Source: Candidatus Falkowbacteria bacterium HGW-Falkowbacteria-1
Lineage (GTDB): Bacteria; Patescibacteriota; Patescibacteriia; Patescibacteriales; UBA12465
DNA length: 64,000 nucleotides
Assembly: GCA_002840305.1 (NCBI GenBank)
Contig: PHAI01000003.1
Coordinates: forward strand, 6,908 to 70,907
Direction of reading: 5' to 3'
Part shown: positions 59,806 through 64,000 of the stretch, one piece after another
Layout: the number at the start of each line of letters is the position of its first letter
Position numbering within the stretch: position 1 is the stretch's first letter
The notes under the pieces: generated by a model
Seen by the model: only the letters and a program-made list of their open reading frames with translations
Database searches by the model: none
What the model was told of the DNA's origin: nothing
Program-made: the position numbers and the translations under genes

Positions 59806-62800
59806 CTAAGGAGTTGGGGGGCAATAGAACAAAGCACCTGCAAAATAGGGTGAACCACAACTTGAGCAAGACGCGGCATCTAAAGTTGTGCCTTCACAAC
59901 AAGTTTTACATGGATTAGCGCCTCCATTAAAGCCAGCTATACCCGAACATCTATAAAAACCCCAATTATCCTTAACTTTTATAGCGATTATATAGTTGCC
60001 AGGAGTCAAAAAGCGAATTAATTTGTGTGGATCACTAGCATTTGGTTTGTTGTCTAAACCATTTACAATTATTGAAGAAGTGTCATCCCATTCGTCACCA
60101 GTTTTCTTTATTTTTATTGCCAATTCTTTTATTGGAGCTTGTTCTTTGTCAACTATAGTATTAAAAGATATTGTATAAAAACCGGCCACGGCCACGGCGT
60201 AAACATTGCTATTGGTTTCGGTTTGGCTTAAATCACCATTAGGACCACTGATTTTTATATTTTTAATTTCAGGATAAACCGAACAAATACCATTATTATA
60301 ATTAGTTCTTGGGGGGCAACCAGTATTACCCGTAGGAGTGTTGCAAGCCGGAGCTGATGAAGGGCCATCTTTTAAATGCGAATAATTATCGGCACCGATT
60401 AAGCTAGCAAAAATATACTTTAAAGCATTTCTGACACTTGTCACGGGAAAATCACTGTATTTTTTATACTTAGTCGTCTGTGATGTTGAAGTTGAAAACA
60501 TAACTTCACCATTAGCATTATAATACAAAAGCTCACAGGCATTATAAGTGGTAGTACTTGATCCTGGTCTAATGGTTCTAGCGCTGGTGCAAGAATATGG
60601 TAAACCATAATAAGGGTAATTCGTATCATTGGTATAATTTACGAAGACAGTAATGCCAGGCACTGAACCACTATTAATATTTACGGCGCCAAAGGGAGGG
60701 CTATAGGAACCAAGACTGCCAGAACTATTAAGTTTGTAATATTGAAAATAAACAGGCAAGGAAGAATTATAAGCATAAAGACTAGAGGTGGTTACTTTTA
60801 ATCTGTCGGCCCAAGGAGTTGTCCCCTGGATAAGGGAAGAACACTTAGGAATATAATCAGAAAGATTCATTAAGCAAGCTCCAGTAGAATTTCCGGTACA
60901 AATAGTTGCGGAGCACTGTCCGGTAGAACTGCCCTTTGGGAACCATTTCTGATCACCCTCTACTGTTGAAAGAGCATTACACTCTGCCTGAGAATAATTA
61001 TAAACCAAAAGTTTTACACCCTTTTCAGTCTCTATGCCAGCGTTTAGCGAGCCGTTATATTTGTGCCAGCTGCTAGTACCATAATCCTTAAAACACATAT
61101 AATTCTCCACACTACTGTTCGTATAACATGACGTGTGAGAATTAACGTAACAAAGATTTCTGCCACTCTGATTACATACTCTCGTATCATAAATATTGCC
61201 ATAGTCGGTAAAACAAGACGCACCATTGTCCCAACAATAAGCGCCATTCTGATCCCAACAATAAAAGTGAGCAACACTCTGTACTGACACCGATGCCGTC
61301 ACTAGCCTATCACCCGTGTCAGGATCTTCAATGCACCAACATTGTTTCACCCAATCATTGTCAAGCCCAGATCTACAATTATTATAAATTTCTCTAACCG
61401 CGCCATCTACGTTTTTTGTAGAAACATAGCCACTTGTAGTCGGACAATTGCTGCAAGTCCTATCTTCTGCTTGGCCTTTAGTCCCCTCGGCCATGATATG
61501 AACATTATCAATAAAGGTCTGTCTAAATTCTACGAGATCAAAGTCAGCGTCCATTTGAGCACAATATACAGGTTTTGGACCGGTACTTGCAAAACCAGTA
61601 AAGGAAGAAGACAAATTATCAGACCCACTACCAAGAACAGCGTCAACTGGATACCACAACAAACAAACATTTTCGTTGGCAGGATCTTTCTGCAAGCAAT
61701 ATCCCTCCCATCCTTGTTCTACAAATCCATAACCTCCAGCATCACTAGAGCAAGAAACGCTATCCTGCTTCGGATACAAACGACAAATAGGAGAAATATA
61801 ATTAGAATCAGAAACCTTTAACGCTGGGCTTACCTTTATATCGTCAAAATATAACCAACCGTTATCAACCCACTCAGCGTCTCCTGGTTGTAACGCTATT
61901 TTAAATCCCTTTACCCAACTAACACCAGTAGTGAACTTAAAGGTAACTCTTTGCCAGTCTTTTCTACCCAAATCAACTCTAAATTCCGCTCCTGCTTCTT
62001 CTGTGTTGTCGTTTTTTACTCCAATAACCTTGGCCACAACTTGAGTAGGGGTGGCACCCGATTGCAATTGAAAATTAGCGGCATTGACCAAAAAGTTTAA
62101 ATAATAATCAGTGTTAGTAGAGGCTAAAGTGGGAGAGACCGTTGTCCATCGCCATTTACATAAAGTTCCACCGACTCTAATAAATTTAAAATTAGAAGGT
62201 GAGGGATAAACGGGGATAATTGATAAAGCGTTTTCATCTTTCAAATCCGAAGCCTTGGAAACAAGGCAAGAAGTCGTAGGAGTTGATGGCGTGCCACTCG
62301 ATGTCTCCTTTCTTTGCCAATCACCCAAAGAACTGTCATCTTCAAAGTCATAAGGACCAAAGACGGACGCCCCTTCTTGCGTCATGCTGTCAAAATAATA
62401 ATTATTTAGCAGAGAATAACCACTAATATTAGCATCTTTAGCTGACTCAAAAGACCTATCCCCAACTGGAGATTTAATAAAATTAAGACAATTACCACTA
62501 GAATCCATTGAGGTACACTGACCTATCTGTAAACAAACATTTTTATCTTTACCCGCCTCATCCTTTTCGGTCATATAAGAGTAGCAAGAAAGCCATTTCC
62601 CACAAACCCTGTCTGGAGCTACCTTAATAATTTGATTAGCATCTTTATAGTCTCCATCATTAGCAGGAGTCGGAGAAGAATAATTTTTTGAATCATAACG
62701 AAAGCCAACAAAATTCGGATAACCACTGTTTGCGACGGTTCTTTCATTAAATAAAACACAACCATTATTAAAGTTGGCGCTACTACAAGTATTAAAATCA

Positions 62801-64000
62801 AGGTCGCCACTAAGTTTATAGTCAACTATAGCCTCTCTCCATTCTATGGAGATATTATTAACATTTGATCCATGATTTATTTTTATCGTTGAACTACAAT
62901 TGTCTTCGCCATTATCACCAGAATAAAAAATTATTTTTTTGTCTTTATTATCTAAAATGTATCCATTTGTTGCAGCTGTAAATTCCAAGGAATTGGAAGG
63001 GTCAATCCTATAAACACCATTTCCGCAATTTATCTTCACCTCAGCCAGTCCATTATATTTAATAATATATAATTTATTTTTTTCAATAAAATAATTGTTC
63101 TGTCTAAAATAATAACTAGAGCTAGTCGGATCGCAAGATATGACTCCAGTACTACTAATGGAACAACTAGAGGTAGGTAATTCGTACCCGGCCGCGTTAA
63201 CTATATTCCATCCGTCAAAATAACGACCATCTTCATCAATATCAGAAAACTCGGGATTTAAAATAAGATTAGGATTAAAAGAGCTCTCTGGATCGATATA
63301 TTCTGTACAACCAGAATCATTTATCGGACAAAGACCGGCCCAATTCACATAATCATAACCAACACTTGGCTGTCTAATTTCTGATCCGTCATTCCCTATC
63401 GTTTTTAAACTATCTGTAGGGCAAATATAGTTGGTATTATCGAGTTTACAAACCTTATCGCCGCTACAATCAGAATCTGAACTACAAGGATTCGGAGCGT
63501 CGAGAGCAGAAGTTCCGTCTACTTGAACTGAAACTTCATCAACGCATCTCTTTATTTTTTTAGCATACCATTGATCATTATTGAATTGACAAATATTGTC
63601 CATTGGATCTTTAAAATAACTAAGACCAGAGTCAGAATTCCAAGAGTTGCAGCCAATAGCCCCCTCTTCACAAAGAATATTCTGATATTTGTCTGGGTTG
63701 TTTTTAACATAAACGTTCTGATATAAATAACTAGCAGTAGAAGAATATATATTAGAAGTAGCTTTACCCAACAAAGAACAACCTTTGTCAGCTGAGTTAC
63801 AAAGCTTTCCCTGGTCATAAACAACTAAAGAAAATTTATCAGCCGGAATCTCTAAACAATCATCTTCGCCGACACAAGAAGTTAAAGAAGTATTCAACTC
63901 TCCAGCAACAAAGATGCTCTTGTCCTTAGGTGTATAATTGTTAGTATCTACCATTAATTCGCAACCAACAGCCGAAGAATCACATAATTTAGAAAACTGT
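59806..64000 (-). CDS. Giant Cys-rich secreted/surface protein (more than 1397 aa; the N-terminus lies beyond the right edge of the window)
   Basis: The reading frame stays open upstream of the track Met at 63954 (..QFSKLCDSSAVGCELMVDTNNY..) to position 64000. The protein has dozens of Cys residues, N/S/T/G/Y/D-rich composition and almost no K-rich segments. A PKD/Ig-like segment lies near the C-terminus. The gene is more G+C-rich than the housekeeping genes. Confidence 0.8.
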   Translation of the reverse strand, partial: QFSKLCDSSAVGCELMVDTNNYTPKDKSIFVAGELNTSLTSCVGEDDCLEIPADKFSLVVYDQGKLCNSADKGCSLLGKATSNIYSSTASYLYQNVYVKNNPDKYQNILCEEGAIGCNSWNSDSGLSYFKDPMDNICQFNNDQWYAKKIKRCVDEVSVQVDGTSALDAPNPCSSDSDCSGDKVCKLDNTNYICPTDSLKTIGNDGSEIRQPSVGYDYVNWAGLCPINDSGCTEYIDPESSFNPNLILNPEFSDIDEDGRYFDGWNIVNAAGYELPTSSCSISSTGVISCDPTSSSYYFRQNNYFIEKNKLYIIKYNGLAEVKINCGNGVYRIDPSNSLEFTAATNGYILDNKDKKIIFYSGDNGEDNCSSTIKINHGSNVNNISIEWREAIVDYKLSGDLDFNTCSSANFNNGCVLFNERTVANSGYPNFVGFRYDSKNYSSPTPANDGDYKDANQIIKVAPDRVCGKWLSCYSYMTEKDEAGKDKNVCLQIGQCTSMDSSGNCLNFIKSPVGDRSFESAKDANISGYSLLNNYYFDSMTQEGASVFGPYDFEDDSSLGDWQRKETSSGTPSTPTTSCLVSKASDLKDENALSIIPVYPSPSNFKFIRVGGTLCKWRWTTVSPTLASTNTDYYLNFLVNAANFQLQSGATPTQVVAKVIGVKNDNTEEAGAEFRVDLGRKDWQRVTFKFTTGVSWVKGFKIALQPGDAEWVDNGWLYFDDIKVSPALKVSDSNYISPICRLYPKQDSVSCSSDAGGYGFVEQGWEGYCLQKDPANENVCLLWYPVDAVLGSGSDNLSSSFTGFASTGPKPVYCAQMDADFDLVEFRQTFIDNVHIMAEGTKGQAEDRTCSNCPTTSGYVSTKNVDGAVREIYNNCRSGLDNDWVKQCWCIEDPDTGDRLVTASVSVQSVAHFYCWDQNGAYCWDNGASCFTDYGNIYDTRVCNQSGRNLCYVNSHTSCYTNSSVENYMCFKDYGTSSWHKYNGSLNAGIETEKGVKLLVYNYSQAECNALSTVEGDQKWFPKGSSTGQCSATICTGNSTGACLMNLSDYIPKCSSLIQGTTPWADRLKVTTSSLYAYNSSLPVYFQYYKLNSSGSLGSYSPPFGAVNINSGSVPGITVFVNYTNDTNYPYYGLPYSCTSARTIRPGSSTTTYNACELLYYNANGEVMFSTSTSQTTKYKKYSDFPVTSVRNALKYIFASLIGADNYSHLKDGPSSAPACNTPTGNTGCPPRTNYNNGICSVYPEIKNIKISGPNGDLSQTETNSNVYAVAVAGFYTISFNTIVDKEQAPIKELAIKIKKTGDEWDDTSSIIVNGLDNKPNASDPHKLIRFLTPGNYIIAIKVKDNWGFYRCSGIAGFNGGANPCKTCCEGTTLDAASCSSCGSPYFAGALFYCPPTP

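Noticed and set aside
1-64000. An alternative genetic code (UGA recoding, as in some candidate phyla).
   Set aside because: TGA terminates well-conserved genes at the expected length (for example murD at 18598-18600 within an ATGA overlap). All conserved genes are intact under the standard bacterial code.

Overview
This is an AT-rich bacterial window (about one-third G+C by eye) read in the standard genetic code, since TGA is used as a stop. It is densely packed with housekeeping genes: rnc, nusB, rpmF, ftsH, rpsA, polA, murD, holA, rpsT, rpsO, pnp, rpsP, trmD, rbfA, infB, clpB, radA, metG and a four-gene tRNA cluster. The gene content suggests a reduced-genome Patescibacteria/CPR-type organism, which is an inference. 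The supporting genes are a ComEC-type MBL protein, PilT, type IV pilin-like proteins, RadC, a minimal Gram-positive-style type IV secretion-like operon, and K/E-rich tails on ribosomal and RNA-binding proteins.

Five sets of observations stand out against this background:
1. A family of palindromic repeats with a TTTGTCA(T/C) head occurs at six or more loci. It includes a ~123-bp MITE-like element, a ~400-bp palindromic array splitting the rpsP-KH-trmD operon, and a 36-bp tandem copy translated in frame inside a secretion-operon gene. It also includes a 409-bp unit in which 45-bp perfect terminal inverted repeats flank a 98-aa GIY-YIG nuclease gene, the candidate autonomous partner.
2. A reverse transcriptase gene truncated at the left edge, absent from the ORF track, is preceded by a consensus promoter. 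A 15-bp perfect inverted repeat brackets ~140 nt of non-coding sequence between that promoter and the gene.
3. Two pilin-like proteins are fused to BNR/Asp-box beta-propellers.
4. A VirB4/VirB6/PrgI-type operon lacks a relaxase and a coupling protein.
5. Several envelope proteins have a Bacteroidota flavour: a T9SS-type C-terminal sorting domain, a lipoprotein with an acidic post-Cys signal, and a beta-barrel-like protein. A giant Cys-rich surface protein runs off the right edge.

No rRNA genes and no CRISPR array were seen.
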